Assembly: GCA_963753345.1 (NCBI GenBank) | Contig: CAVWBU010000021.1 | Location: forward strand, 160,001 to 224,000 | DNA from: an uncultured Fibrobacterota bacterium | Lineage (GTDB): Bacteria > Fibrobacterota > Chitinivibrionia > Chitinivibrionales > FEN-1185 | Direction: 5' to 3' | Length of the DNA: 64,000 nt | Shown: positions 31,280-41,746 of the stretch, one piece after another | How positions within the stretch are numbered: the stretch's first letter is position 1 | How the letters are laid out: each line of letters opens with the position of its first letter | The notes under the pieces: model-generated | Databases searched by the model: none | Seen by the model: the letters and a program-made list of their open reading frames with translations, nothing else | Told to the model about the DNA's origin: nothing | Made by a program: the position numbers and the translations under genes

Positions 31280-34204
31280 TTATAGCAGCGGTTCCCTCTT
31301 CAGCCTTACTCCCTCTTTTTCTGCTTTGTCAAAGGCGGCTGAACTCCCCAGCGCGGTGACGGCAAAGCGCGGGCTTGCAAGTACCTTTTGCGCGGCAACG
31401 GCCACGAGCGCGGGCGAGGCGGCGAGCACGCCGTCGCGCACACGCTGGCGGTACTCCCGCGTGCGGCCGTACAAAAGTGCCGCGGTCTCGGCGAACCCCT
31501 TTTCGTGCGGGGTGCGCGGCGCGTCGATCCTGCCGATGGTCCCGATGATGCTCTGGTCTATTGCGGCGGCGGGAAGTCCCGCGGCGGCCTCGGCGAGGCC
31601 CTTTTCAAAATGCGAAAACGTCGAGGCGAGGTTGGGGTCGCGGTACGAGGCGCAGGAAAAAATGGGATCGCCGCCCGAGACCATGGCCGCACCGCCGTAG
31701 GCGCCGCCTTCAACACGGACCTTGTCCCACAGATAGCCCGTGGAAAGGTTTCTTGACAAGAGGAGAAAAACGCCGGTCTTCTCCGGCGGAATCTTCCCGA
31801 GCGCCCAGGACTTTGCCGCGAAATTGACCGACGAGCTTATTTCGATTCCTGCCGCGCCGGTCCTCTCCTGAAAGTCAAATTCCTTCTTCGCCGCTTTTGC
31901 CTGCGGTAGGACCGAAACAACTGGCCCGATTGCCAAAGCAGCCTTTTCCGGGTCGTCGGCGGTGATTGAAAGCCTGCATCCCGCGGACGACACCACCGCC
32001 GAATGCACCTTCTTCATGGCGGCCGCAACGTCCTCGGGCGAGTCGCCGCGCACCAGGCCGTCAAGAAAGCGGAGCTGGGTGATGCCGCCGAGTATCTCGT
32101 CGATGCGGCTTGCGGCCGAGATGTTCGCCGATGCATGGAGCACCGCGAAAGTGTTGCCTCCGTCAATCACGGATGCGTTGAGGTTGTTCCGCATCTCGAG
32201 CAGCACGTCCTTCAGTTGCTTCGTGTTCGAGAAGTCGGGCTCCAGAAAAATGTCGCGCAGGATGCCGGCGGCTTCGTCGAAACGCGAGGCGAGCGACTTC
32301 ATGTGGACAAATGACAAGAAGACAAGGCCCCCCGCGCCGACCGCAGTGTCGCACATGAACGAGCCATGAATGCCGCCGGTGGAAAGCGACATGCGTTTTG
32401 CCATTTCCTCGTACGAAAGGCCTGCGGCGCCGCACCGGGTGAGCAGTTCAAGGTACAGGGGCAGGTACGGGAGGAGATCGGCCGGGACCGCGGTGCAGTT
32501 GAAGCTTATGTCGCAGTAGACGATGCCTGACGTAAAGATCGGGTGCAGGTACGCTTCCGCGCCGCCGACGCGGGCGAGGGTCGCCGGCACCTCGCGATTT
32601 TTCGGCGGCAGGTCCGATTTCACAAGTTTCGGCAGGGTGGCGAGCGCCTCGGGCGGCGAAGGCTTCTTCTGTCCCTCAATAAGCGTGCGCGTTTCCTCGA
32701 CGATGCGGAGCCTGTCGCCTTTTGTAAAGTGCGCGCTTAGCGACGCAGCCTGCTCCGTGGATTGCGTTTCGAGCCGTTTTCCCAGGGACGACGACGCGCG
32801 CACCGTGATGCGCAGCCGGTGCGGGTTGCGCACGAGCATTGCGCCGATCTTGGCGGCGAACCAGTCGCACCCCTTGTCCTTTTCCGCTCGCAGCGCCGCC
32901 AGCGGCTTTTCAAATGCGAGATGCGCGAGCGGGTCGCCGTTGTACAGCCACGACCGCAGGCACCGCTCGGCGAGCTGGAGGTTGTACGGAAACCTTCCCG
33001 CGTCGGCGACCTCGCGCAGGCGGAACTCGGTCTGGCGGAGCGCGCCTTCGAGCAGGCGTTCATCAATCGCGCCTGCCGCCTGCTGTTCGAGCGTGGAAAG
33101 CACGAGCGATTCTATTGCGTCGGCGCGCTCGGGCCTGCTTTTTCGGAGGCCCACGCAGAACATGCCGTGGATTAGTTCGTTGGAAAACCCGCAGATATCG
33201 TCGAGGTCCTCGCCGAGCCCGGAATCCACGAGCGCGCGCCTGAGCGGCCCGCTTTCGGTGCCCATGAGGTAGCGGTAGAGAACGCGGCCGAGCAGGGACG
33301 TTGCGGGATCGGCCGACATGCCGAATTTCCAGGCAAGGGCCACGGTGGCGAGTCCGTCGTCCTGTTCGGGCGAGGGCGCCTCGACCTCGGCGCGCCGGGG
33401 CGAGGCCCAGTCCGGCTGGGGAACGACCTCGGCGCGGTGCTGCAGCTTGTCAAAAGAGGCCAGATATTTTTCGTTGATAAACCGCAGGGTCTTTTCCGAG
33501 GGGATGTTGCCGTAGAGAATGATAAACGAATTTGACGGATGGTAAAACCGCGCGTGGAAGCTCTTGAACTGCTCGAACGTGAGGTCGGTGATGTGCTGCG
33601 GCTCGCCGCCGCTCTCGAAGGAATAGGACGTGTCGGGGAACAGCAGCCCCATGGCTTTCCGCTCCACATGGCTTGCGAAATCGGAGAAGACACCCTTCAT
33701 TTCGTTGTACACGATGCCCTTGATGCCCACAACCGCGTCCTCCGATTCCAGCTCGAAGTGCCATCCTTCCTGCCGGAACGTGGCGCTGGTGAGAAGCGGG
33801 TGGAACACCGCGTCACAGTACACGTTCACCAGGTTGAAGAAATCGGCCTCCACCTGGCTTGACACCGGGTACACGGTCTTGTCCGGGTAGGTTAGCGCGT
33901 TGAGGAACGTCTGGAGCGAGCCCTTTAAAAGCTCCTGGAACGGGTCCTTGAGGGGAAACGCGCGGGAGCCGCCGAGCACCGAGTGCTCGAGGATGTGCGG
34001 GACGCCCGTGCTGTCGGACACCGGCGTGCAGAAGGCGATGGAAAACAGGTTGTTCGGGTCGTCGTTGAAAAGGTGCAGCAGACGTGCCCGGGTTTTCTCA
34101 TGCGTAAATACAAAGGCCGTGGTGCGGAGCTCCGGCACGGGCTCCACGCGCTCGAGGAGAAAGCCGGCGCATCGGGCCGAGGGCGAAAGATCGTTCTGGT
34201 TCAT
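31280..34204 (-). CDS. Insulinase family (M16C, PreP-like) metallopeptidase
   Basis: HILEH, LNALTYPDKTVYP, GIVYNEMKG, VRVEGGAYG and SYRDP. Confidence 0.95.
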   Translation of the reverse strand: MNQNDLSPSARCAGFLLERVEPVPELRTTAFVFTHEKTRARLLHLFNDDPNNLFSIAFCTPVSDSTGVPHILEHSVLGGSRAFPLKDPFQELLKGSLQTFLNALTYPDKTVYPVSSQVEADFFNLVNVYCDAVFHPLLTSATFRQEGWHFELESEDAVVGIKGIVYNEMKGVFSDFASHVERKAMGLLFPDTSYSFESGGEPQHITDLTFEQFKSFHARFYHPSNSFIILYGNIPSEKTLRFINEKYLASFDKLQHRAEVVPQPDWASPRRAEVEAPSPEQDDGLATVALAWKFGMSADPATSLLGRVLYRYLMGTESGPLRRALVDSGLGEDLDDICGFSNELIHGMFCVGLRKSRPERADAIESLVLSTLEQQAAGAIDERLLEGALRQTEFRLREVADAGRFPYNLQLAERCLRSWLYNGDPLAHLAFEKPLAALRAEKDKGCDWFAAKIGAMLVRNPHRLRITVRASSSLGKRLETQSTEQAASLSAHFTKGDRLRIVEETRTLIEGQKKPSPPEALATLPKLVKSDLPPKNREVPATLARVGGAEAYLHPIFTSGIVYCDISFNCTAVPADLLPYLPLYLELLTRCGAAGLSYEEMAKRMSLSTGGIHGSFMCDTAVGAGGLVFLSFVHMKSLASRFDEAAGILRDIFLEPDFSNTKQLKDVLLEMRNNLNASVIDGGNTFAVLHASANISAASRIDEILGGITQLRFLDGLVRGDSPEDVAAAMKKVHSAVVSSAGCRLSITADDPEKAALAIGPVVSVLPQAKAAKKEFDFQERTGAAGIEISSSVNFAAKSWALGKIPPEKTGVFLLLSRNLSTGYLWDKVRVEGGAYGGAAMVSGGDPIFSCASYRDPNLASTFSHFEKGLAEAAAGLPAAAIDQSIIGTIGRIDAPRTPHEKGFAETAALLYGRTREYRQRVRDGVLAASPALVAVAAQKVLASPRFAVTALGSSAAFDKAEKEGVRLKREPLL

Positions 34205-34361
34205 GCAATGTCCTTGTGCAGAGATGTGTATGAAAAACCGTTGCTAAAATACACCATAGCTGCGGCGGGTTCGAGGGATTTGTGCGGGGGACAGAGTTCC
34301 GATTAATGTATATTGGTACGGAAAGTCAAGGCGGTCAGGCGTTCGTTGAAAGGACGGAACC

Positions 34362-35582
34362 ATGCCGAAGTATCAAAAGTCAAGCAAGCTCGACAACGTG
34401 CTCTACGACATCCGCGGGCCGGTCCCCCGGGAGGCCAAGCGCATGGAGGAGGAGGAAGGCCTCCAGATCATCAAGCTCAACATCGGCAACCCGGCGCCGT
34501 TCGGCCTCTTTGCGCCCGACGAGATCGTCCATGACATGATCCGCAACCTTCCGGCAACCGAGGGCTACAGCGATTCCAAGGGCCTGTTCTCGGCGCGCAA
34601 GGCCGTGATGCAGTACTGCCAGCAGAAGCGGTTCCAGGGTGTTGACATAGAAGACATCTACACGGGAAACGGCGTGAGCGAGCTCGTGGTGATGGTGATG
34701 CAGGGGCTGTGCAACAACGGCACCGAGGTGCTCATTCCGGCGCCCGACTATCCGCTGTGGACCGCGGCGGTTAACCTCGCGGGCGGCAGGCCGGTGCATT
34801 ACCTGTGCGACGAGGAGTCCGGCTGGCTGCCGGATGTCAAGGACATCCGGAAGAAGATAACCGCGAACACCAGGGGCATTGTGGTGATCAACCCGAACAA
34901 CCCCACGGGCGCGCTGTATCCGAAGGACGTGCTGCAGAACATCGTCGACCTTGCGCGCGAGCACGGCCTCATCGTTTTTTCGGATGAAATTTACGACAAG
35001 ATCCTCTATGACGGCGCCAAGCATGTGTCAATCGCGACGCTCGCCGACGACGTGCTGTTCATCACCATGAGCGGCCTGTCCAAGGCCTACCGCATCGCCG
35101 GGTTCCGCGCCGGCTGGATGGTGGTGTCGGGCGACAAAAAGGCCGCCGCCGATTTCATCGAGGGGCTCGACCTGCTCTCGTCCATGCGCCTGTGCAGCAA
35201 CGTGCCGGCGCAGTCGATCATCCAGACCGCGCTCGGCGGATACCAGAGCATCAACGACCTCGTGGCGCCGGGCGGCAGGCTGTATGTGCAGCGTGAGGCG
35301 TGCATGAGCGCGCTGGCGAACATGCCGGGCGTGTCGTGCGTGCATCCGAAGGCCGCGTTCTACGCTTTTCCGAAACTTGACGTCAAGAAGTTCAACATTT
35401 CCGATGATGTCAAGTTCGCCTACGACCTGCTGCACGACCAGCACGTCCTCGTGGTGCAGGGCACGGGGTTCAACTGGCCCAGGCCCGACCATTTCCGCAT
35501 CGTGTTTCTGCCGGTGGTTGAGGAGCTGGCGGTTGCGATGGAGCGGATAGGAAAATTTTTAAAGACCTATAAGCAGCAGTAA
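34362..35582 (+). CDS. alaA: PLP-dependent alanine aminotransferase (AlaA/AlaT type)
   Basis: YDIRGP, KLNIGNP, GNGVSEL, NPNNPTG, SKAYRIAGFRAGW and QGTGFNW. Confidence 0.93.
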   Translation: MPKYQKSSKLDNVLYDIRGPVPREAKRMEEEEGLQIIKLNIGNPAPFGLFAPDEIVHDMIRNLPATEGYSDSKGLFSARKAVMQYCQQKRFQGVDIEDIYTGNGVSELVVMVMQGLCNNGTEVLIPAPDYPLWTAAVNLAGGRPVHYLCDEESGWLPDVKDIRKKITANTRGIVVINPNNPTGALYPKDVLQNIVDLAREHGLIVFSDEIYDKILYDGAKHVSIATLADDVLFITMSGLSKAYRIAGFRAGWMVVSGDKKAAADFIEGLDLLSSMRLCSNVPAQSIIQTALGGYQSINDLVAPGGRLYVQREACMSALANMPGVSCVHPKAAFYAFPKLDVKKFNISDDVKFAYDLLHDQHVLVVQGTGFNWPRPDHFRIVFLPVVEELAVAMERIGKFLKTYKQQ

Positions 35583-35626
35583 TCGTTTTTATTACTTCTT
35601 GTTAGTCAATTAATATAATTATATAA

Positions 35627-35741
35627 GGGGGGAGGTATCCCCCTCGCTGCGGCCCTGCGGTCCTCCGCTACCCCCTCTTGGGTGACCGCCTTGATAAAGC
35701 AGCTGCAAAACCGTGCATTGTTGTGGCGGCACCCACGGAGA
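35627..35741 (+). repeat. Structured repeat family A, copy 4
   Basis: GGGGGAGGTATCCCCCT...ACCCCCTCTTGGGTGACCGCC-N34-GGCGGCACCCAC, about 45 nt after alaA. Confidence 0.88.
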
Positions 35742-35857
35742 GTAGTTGAGAAGGAAATCGTTGAAAAGTGGAAATTGCAGGGAAGAAGCTTAGCTGATTT
35801 ATCGCGAATGCCGATTGGCGTGAGGACGTAATTGACTGAATAGACTTCCGTTGCCGC

Positions 35858-36076
35858 GCGTTAGGTGGACTGGAGGGTGAGCTAAAGCGAATTGTCACTT
35901 CGTTCCCCAAGGTATGGTAATAGCGCTTCGCGCTTCATTCTTGTGTCTCTTGCCTTGTGCCGCCCGGATCATTCGATTGATGATTGAGAATCGTGTGACG
36001 CGGATTGTTCGGTCTACGCTGATTTCAAATCCGCAATCCGCATTCTACAATCTACAATTAGGAGGGGGAACGCCCA
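35858..36076 (-). repeat. Structured repeat family C, copy 3, interrupted by a family G unit (35894-35958) and heptamers
   Basis: gcgttaggtggactggagggtgagctaaagcgaattg and gggggaacgccca match both ends of copy 2. Confidence 0.7.
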
Positions 36077-36108
36077 ATCCCTTTTTGTCTATAAAGCGAA
36101 TCTCTTTA

Positions 36109-36669
36109 TCATTTCCCCCGCATCGTCTTTAGCGCCCCGCCCCAGGCAATGACCTGGTCGAGCATGGTATTGACGTACTGCTCGTGCATGGGAGCGGGCT
36201 TGAACACGGAGTAGTTCTCGAAATCGGTGAAGAGCGAGAGCATCACCTGTGCCCGTACTGTGGCCACCTGCAGTTCCGCCAGGTTGAGGCGCAGCTGCTC
36301 GACGGACCTGGCCCCGCCCATGGACCCGTAACTCACGAATCCCGCGGCCTTGTTGTTCCATTCCCTGTAAATAAAATCGAGGGCGTTCTTGAGTGCCGCA
36401 GCGGGCCCATGGGAATATTCCGGAGTGACAAAGACGAATGCGTCAAATCCGTCGATCTTCGCGGCCCATGCCTTGGTGTGGGGCTTGGTATACTGACCGA
36501 GGGAAGGGGGCGCTGGCTCGTCGAGGAGCGGCAGGTTAAAGTCTTTTATGTCAACGATGTCGAATTCCGCATCCTTGCGCTTTTCCGCAATGCCGAGCAC
36601 CCATTGCGCAACGGAATCGGCCTTGCGTCCGGGACGGGTGCTTCCCACAATAATGGCGATCTTGAGCAT
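36109..36669 (-). CDS. NADPH-dependent FMN reductase
   Basis: IIVGSTRPGR, VTPEY, LKNALD and GFVSYG. Confidence 0.93.
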   Translation of the reverse strand: MLKIAIIVGSTRPGRKADSVAQWVLGIAEKRKDAEFDIVDIKDFNLPLLDEPAPPSLGQYTKPHTKAWAAKIDGFDAFVFVTPEYSHGPAAALKNALDFIYREWNNKAAGFVSYGSMGGARSVEQLRLNLAELQVATVRAQVMLSLFTDFENYSVFKPAPMHEQYVNTMLDQVIAWGGALKTMRGK

Positions 36670-36762
36670 ACGTTTTCCTTTTGTTGATGAGTGGATATTC
36701 TCAGATTTCGTTTGCAGCAATCATGCCGGCGAACCATCAAGAAAGATCGCAAGACGTTTGTG

Positions 36763-36857
36763 CCCCCTTTCCAAGGGGGTGGCGGCGCTTTGGCCGCCGG
36801 GGGTTGTTATAATAGGCATTTTCCCTGGCGGGTCTAAGGGCCGGCCAGGCCCTTCCA
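36763..36857. repeat. CCCCCTT..AAGGGGG REP-like palindrome plus family H unit
   Basis: ccccctttccaagggggtggcggc..gccgccggggg; gcgggtctaagggccggccaggcccttcca recurs at 41528. Confidence 0.6.
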
Positions 36858-36953
36858 ACTCTTCCATTTTATTTATCTTGCTCATTGGGGATTTCGGATT
36901 GCAGATTTCGGATTGAAATTACCATATCGTCAATCTGCAACGAGATGGACTTT

Positions 36954-37508
36954 TCAGGCCTTCTTAAGAACTGCGGTTCTTCCCAAAAATATCTTTGGCG
37001 ATTCTATCGGCACTAAACCCGCTGCTTTTGCTTTGCTCACGGATTCGGCAAATTCATTTCTTGACACATGCATCGGAGGTTCGACAAGGAGGACCTTTCC
37101 GTCAGGCTTGAGCAGCGAGGATATTTCCTTCAAATACTTTTCCTGGTCCGGAATTTCGTGAAGCATATAGAAAACAAGAATAAAATCAACCTTGTCCGAC
37201 ACGCCGATCCTGTCCGCCGCGCATTTGTGCAGGGAAATCACCTTTTCAAATTTGCTTCCCGCGATCTTTGCGCGCAGTTTCTGCAGCATGCCGTCCTGCA
37301 GGTCGCAGGCGATCACCCGGCCTGACGGGCCGACCAGTTCGGCCATAGCAAGGGTAAAGAAACCCGGACCGCAGCCGAAATCCAATGCCGCCATTCCTTC
37401 CTTGACATAAGGCTTCAGGATTTTACGCGGGTTCTGGAGCCATCGCCGGAAAATATTGTCGAGGCCGCCGGAGAGTTCGACGGGACAGACGCGGTTTTTA
37501 TCATTCAT
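36954..37508 (-). CDS. Class I SAM-dependent methyltransferase
   Basis: LDFGCGPG, VIACDLQ and LKPDG. Confidence 0.9.
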   Translation of the reverse strand: MNDKNRVCPVELSGGLDNIFRRWLQNPRKILKPYVKEGMAALDFGCGPGFFTLAMAELVGPSGRVIACDLQDGMLQKLRAKIAGSKFEKVISLHKCAADRIGVSDKVDFILVFYMLHEIPDQEKYLKEISSLLKPDGKVLLVEPPMHVSRNEFAESVSKAKAAGLVPIESPKIFLGRTAVLKKA

Positions 37509-37560
37509 GGTGTGTTCCTTTTAAAGTGAGTTGATCATGAGTTGAGCCGCAGGTTTATTA

Positions 37561-37592
37561 AGATACGCTTCGGTTATTGGGCGCGTCCAGAT
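37561..37592 (-). promoter_or_regulatory. Conserved motif CTGGACG-N14-AGCGTATCTT (promoter-like), copy 1 of 3
   Basis: Same sequence and spacing near 43808 and 45087; about 50 nt upstream of the methyltransferase start. Confidence 0.5.
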
Positions 37593-37638
37593 TATTCCGG
37601 TAATCCCTTCATGGTCGCCGGGTGCCTTGTCCTCCGGT

Positions 37639-37800
37639 GTGAATCCCACAGCGAGCGTATTCCCCGGAGGTTCGCTGTCGCGGCTACTCCTGTAGTGTTG
37701 TATGCAGTTGTAGATGTGGCGCTCCGGGGTTAGCGAGCGACTATAGGTTTGTTTTCTTTCCGGAAGATTCCCCGTCCCGCGGGACTGCAGGGTTCTTCAA
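37639..37800. mobile_element. Family D two-hairpin element, possible non-autonomous IS200/IS605-type remnant
   Basis: gtgaatcccac..gcgagcg.attcc..gcgagcgactatag..gattcc.cgtcccgcgggactgc.ggg..ttcaa shared with 42860-42980; IS family assignment is inference. Confidence 0.5.
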
Positions 37801-37959
37801 TTATTTGTTACACGTTTGTGTAACGGATAACAGCCTTCTTCACCATCATTTTCGGTTAAGCAGTACCAGGCGCGTTTATATTAATCATAATTGGGAACGT
37901 GAAAAAAAGGTATGGAAGCAAACCGATTAACCACAATAATTAAAAAGGGAGGATCAAAC

Positions 37960-39369
37960 ATGAGGCGAATTTACCTGTATCGATTAGCTGCGGCTTTTCT
38001 CGTGTGCGTCGGCATGACGTGGGCACAGACATGTCCGTCATTTGTCCATAAGGCGAATATCACGCACTATGTGGATTCCGGGGCCACTCTTGCTGTTTCA
38101 GGAACTGTTGTCGCCGGTTCAATCAACGGCGGGATTTACAAATCTGCTTTGGGCACGAATGCTCCTACATTGATTACAAACACCTCGGGCGATCACACCA
38201 ACAGTACCGACATAACCGAAGACGGACAGTGGGTGCTTTATAGTTCGGGCGGGATCAAACTCATCCGCATTGATGGCCAGTTCAAGACCACAGTACCGGC
38301 GACTAATCCCTCCACCAGCGACGGTAGCTGTACTTTCTGGTGGAACGCTCCCAGCGGGAAACTGGAGGTCGTCTATAGAGAAAGCGGCGACAAAGTAATT
38401 CACTCGGTTCCCGTCACCTTTTCGGCAAATGCCGCTCCGACCTTCGGCACAGACCATATAATCTGCCAATTCACCTCGCAGTGTGAGTTTTCAATGGGCT
38501 GCGCCCTCAATCATTTTTTTACCAGAATAGACTATAGTCCGAGTTCGGGAGTGTGTAATTTTGGGCCGGTAATGGTTACCCTTCCCGGTAACGGCACCAC
38601 TGCCACCGAAGCCAATGAGTGGCACCCGGCCGCGAGCGCACCTGTTCCTCAAATGGGATGCATGTGCACAATATCACACAACGGGGCAATCGGTTGCTTC
38701 AATGCCGGGTACGACCAATGGTGCGGCTGCCTGGCTGATGAAGCTTGCTTGCTGAGGCACAAATCCTTTGTCTTGCTCCCTTTTCAGGAGGTGAACGCGC
38801 CGGCAGTGGCCTGGCCAACCACTCTTGAAATGACCATGGCTGTCGGCATAAACTGGGCGCCCAAAAAGTATTTATTCCTTAGTTCTACAGACTCTACTAA
38901 AGGTCAAACTGATCTTTCCAGCAATTTCTGGTCTGATTTCAAGGATTGGAGGTACACTAACGACACCAGCTATATTGTGGGGGATTTGGATTGCCTTGCC
39001 TATGGCAATTGCGCCGTTAACCCGGATTCTTGTGCCGGCAGTCGTATGCCGGACTCGGGCACCATATGGCTTGCTCATTATCCCACCAACACCTGGACAA
39101 TGATTCTCCGCTTGGCCGCGGGCGTTAGACTGAACCACCCGGCGGTTTGGATATGCAAAGATGCATCATGCCAATCAGGCACCATTGCACCGTTGCCCGA
39201 GAATCGTCTGGAGTATCGCGGCATTCCGTCGCAGGGCACCACCTATATGGTTGATATAAGAGGACGCCGCATTGTGTCAAATTCCACGACAGCGCTAAAA
39301 CTTCCACCGGGTATTTATTATTCCGTAACCCAGTATGGAGTGATGAGGCGCATTGCTATCGGCCAATGA
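37960..39369 (+). CDS. Cys-rich secreted protein with T9SS-like C-terminal tail
   Basis: GGAGG RBS; signal peptide; tail MVDIRGRRIV..LPPGIYY. Confidence 0.75.
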   Translation: MRRIYLYRLAAAFLVCVGMTWAQTCPSFVHKANITHYVDSGATLAVSGTVVAGSINGGIYKSALGTNAPTLITNTSGDHTNSTDITEDGQWVLYSSGGIKLIRIDGQFKTTVPATNPSTSDGSCTFWWNAPSGKLEVVYRESGDKVIHSVPVTFSANAAPTFGTDHIICQFTSQCEFSMGCALNHFFTRIDYSPSSGVCNFGPVMVTLPGNGTTATEANEWHPAASAPVPQMGCMCTISHNGAIGCFNAGYDQWCGCLADEACLLRHKSFVLLPFQEVNAPAVAWPTTLEMTMAVGINWAPKKYLFLSSTDSTKGQTDLSSNFWSDFKDWRYTNDTSYIVGDLDCLAYGNCAVNPDSCAGSRMPDSGTIWLAHYPTNTWTMILRLAAGVRLNHPAVWICKDASCQSGTIAPLPENRLEYRGIPSQGTTYMVDIRGRRIVSNSTTALKLPPGIYYSVTQYGVMRRIAIGQ

Positions 39370-39485
39370 TGACGGACGGGTGGTCTGTTCCTCTGTGTGA
39401 ATTTAATGTGTGTGCCACGATCGTCCCGGTGGTGTGTTTTTTCCTGCGCATCATCGTGACGACCGTGGCACCCGCGCGAAGGTGA

Positions 39486-41111
39486 TTACTTCTTGTTGAA
39501 AACCCCCACCATACCCGTCGTCGGCGTTTCCGCGCCGGACGCCCTCACGCAATACCGTCCCGCAGTTAATCCTGCATTGTCGATCGCCATGATGCCGCTG
39601 GTGTTTCTTTCGACAACGGTCTTCAGACATTTTCCGTCCAAGGAGAAAATTTGCACTGTTGTCGAAATGTCCGGCTCAAGTCCGCAAATGACGATCGAGC
39701 GTCCCATTGAAAAAATGTCTAAAAGCTTCCGCTGTGAAATGCGGTACTGTCGCAGGACGTTTGCGGCGCCGACCTCATCCGCGCCGATATCAATAATGCC
39801 GTCCTGCACCCGCGCCTGGCCGTCAATGTCAAGCGTTCCCGCGACATCCGCCGCAAGGGTCGCGCCCGCGTTTTTCGCGGGCGAGGCCGATTGGATATGC
39901 AGGTCGGCCGGCGCGTTGACCAGGAGCGGATTGGCATATTTTGCGTGCGCATCGGTCCATGCCCCCGGCGAATTCGTACTTGCGCCGTAATACAGATTGT
40001 TGTCGACAGCGATGCCGGTGTTGTTGCTCCCGGAATTCGAGCAATAGTCGTTGCCCGGGTTGGCGACGCAGATGTTGTTGACAATGGTGATGACGCTGCA
40101 GTTGTACTGGAGAATCACCTCGCCGTCCTGGCCGTGATACAGGGTGTTGTTGACAATTACGATACTGTCGGCGTTGCCCTTGCTGGCGGCGTAACCACCC
40201 GACATGATGTTCCCCTGATACGAACGGGACACGAAATTGCTCCGCACCGTGATCCCGCTGGTTGTTTTTCCGCCGTGTTCGCTCGCGACTTCGATGCCGA
40301 TGTCGCAATTGTCTACAATGTTCCGTTCGATGACGATGTCTTTGCCGCCGTCCACGTAAATGCCGTCCGCGCTCCGGTCGCCGCCGTAGGTCGGATTTGT
40401 CGCGGAGCTGATATTGTACACGCGGTTGCCTGCGCACACGCCGCTGCGCGCCTGGTCCTGGCCGGTTGGACCGTTGCCTTCGAACCCGATAAAGTCGATG
40501 CCGATGTTGTCGTTATCGTGGACCACGTTATTGGTCACGGTGAAATCGGTGACATTGCCGTTGAACACCATCGATTCGCTCTGGCCGAGTTTGCAACTGT
40601 CAACTTCGTTGCCGTCAACGATCACCGCGCTTATCGGGGTGGCCGACGTCCCGTAGAAGGCGATGCCGTGCGCGTTGCCGTTGTCGTTTTCTATGGTGTG
40701 CACCTTGTTGTTGCGGATCTCGAGGTTGCTCGAGCTGCCCTCTATGCTGATGCCGATGGGCGTGTTGGTTCCCGAAAAGTTCCGGACTTCCATTCCTATC
40801 ACTTTTATGTAATTCCTGCTCGCAATGGAAATACCCAGCTCGCCTTTTCCGGTCCCGTCAACGATCGCGCCGGAATCGCCCTTGAGGGTGATGGAGCCGG
40901 CGGCAGTCCCGCTTTTGCCGAACGCCACGGCCTCATTGTAGATGCCGGCCTGCACGAGAACGGTGTCGCCCGCATTCGCGGCGGTGACGGCTGCCTGGAT
41001 GGTGGTGTAGGGAGCGCCGGATTTTGCGACAATGAGGGTTGAGGAATAGGTGATACCTGAAAGGGTTGATATGATAAGCAAGATTCGAATTCGTGATAGG
41101 GAGGGTTTCAT
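39486..41111 (-). CDS. Secreted right-handed parallel beta-helix protein with T9SS-like tail
   Basis: YTTIQAAV..AGDTVLVQAGIY; PbH1-like repeats; IDIGADE; IFSLDGK..AGRYCVR. Confidence 0.85.
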   Translation of the reverse strand: MKPSLSRIRILLIISTLSGITYSSTLIVAKSGAPYTTIQAAVTAANAGDTVLVQAGIYNEAVAFGKSGTAAGSITLKGDSGAIVDGTGKGELGISIASRNYIKVIGMEVRNFSGTNTPIGISIEGSSSNLEIRNNKVHTIENDNGNAHGIAFYGTSATPISAVIVDGNEVDSCKLGQSESMVFNGNVTDFTVTNNVVHDNDNIGIDFIGFEGNGPTGQDQARSGVCAGNRVYNISSATNPTYGGDRSADGIYVDGGKDIVIERNIVDNCDIGIEVASEHGGKTTSGITVRSNFVSRSYQGNIMSGGYAASKGNADSIVIVNNTLYHGQDGEVILQYNCSVITIVNNICVANPGNDYCSNSGSNNTGIAVDNNLYYGASTNSPGAWTDAHAKYANPLLVNAPADLHIQSASPAKNAGATLAADVAGTLDIDGQARVQDGIIDIGADEVGAANVLRQYRISQRKLLDIFSMGRSIVICGLEPDISTTVQIFSLDGKCLKTVVERNTSGIMAIDNAGLTAGRYCVRASGAETPTTGMVGVFNKK

Positions 41112-41199
41112 GCGATTTTCCTTTTGAATGTTTTTGGTTGTATTGATATGATATTCGCCTGACAATCGACTTCTGCAATTAATAAGTAAATGAATTCAA

Positions 41200-41339
41200 T
41201 TGGGAGCTTCGCGGGGTGCGGCGTGGTTGGGCCTGTGGCAAGGCCGGAACACTTGTTGCGCGCACCCTTGGAGCGGCAGTTGTGAAGGAAAGATGTTGTA
41301 TCCGTTCAAGACCATAGCATTTTTTGGTGTCAGGTGAAT
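41200..41339 (+). repeat. Family F direct repeat, copy 1 (140 nt)
   Basis: Highly similar to 42726-42865; long imperfect hairpin gggtgc...gcaccc. Confidence 0.9.
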
Positions 41340-41457
41340 ACCATCACTAAATTCATCAACATCAGTGAAACTAAGTATTTCTGAAAACAAAAGCAACTTT
41401 CACAAAAAGTTGGGGAGTATGTTGTGTTCCTTTGTCGCTTTTTTTCTTTGTAACTTT

Positions 41458-41558
41458 GTCATTTCATTTCTTAAGGGTATGGTAGTAGCGCTTCGCGCCA
41501 TATATTATGTCTTTTGCCCTTTCCTAAGCGGGTCTAAGGGCCGGCTAGGCACTTCCAG
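41458..41558. repeat. Family G unit (41458-41522) followed by family H unit
   Basis: Reverse complement of the 65-nt unit at 55286/55351/61071, then gcgggtctaagggccggctaggc. Confidence 0.7.
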
Positions 41559-41746
41559 CTTTATCATATTCTTGTATTCATGAATCAGACTTTGCAAGGG
41601 ATGAAACAAATATTGGCAGCGTTTTTGAAATAAATACGCAAGCTTCAAGTCCGATAAATTGATATTTGACAATGGTAAACGTAAATACCTATATTGTTTA
41701 TCAACGTCATTCCCAAAATGCAACACCTATTCAAAGGAGCAAGAAA

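Noticed and set aside
41528-41560. GCGGGTCTAAGG (also at 36828) as a c-di-GMP-I riboswitch
   Set aside because: The upstream GGCAAA/GAAA/GCAAAG elements are not present in the required order or strand.
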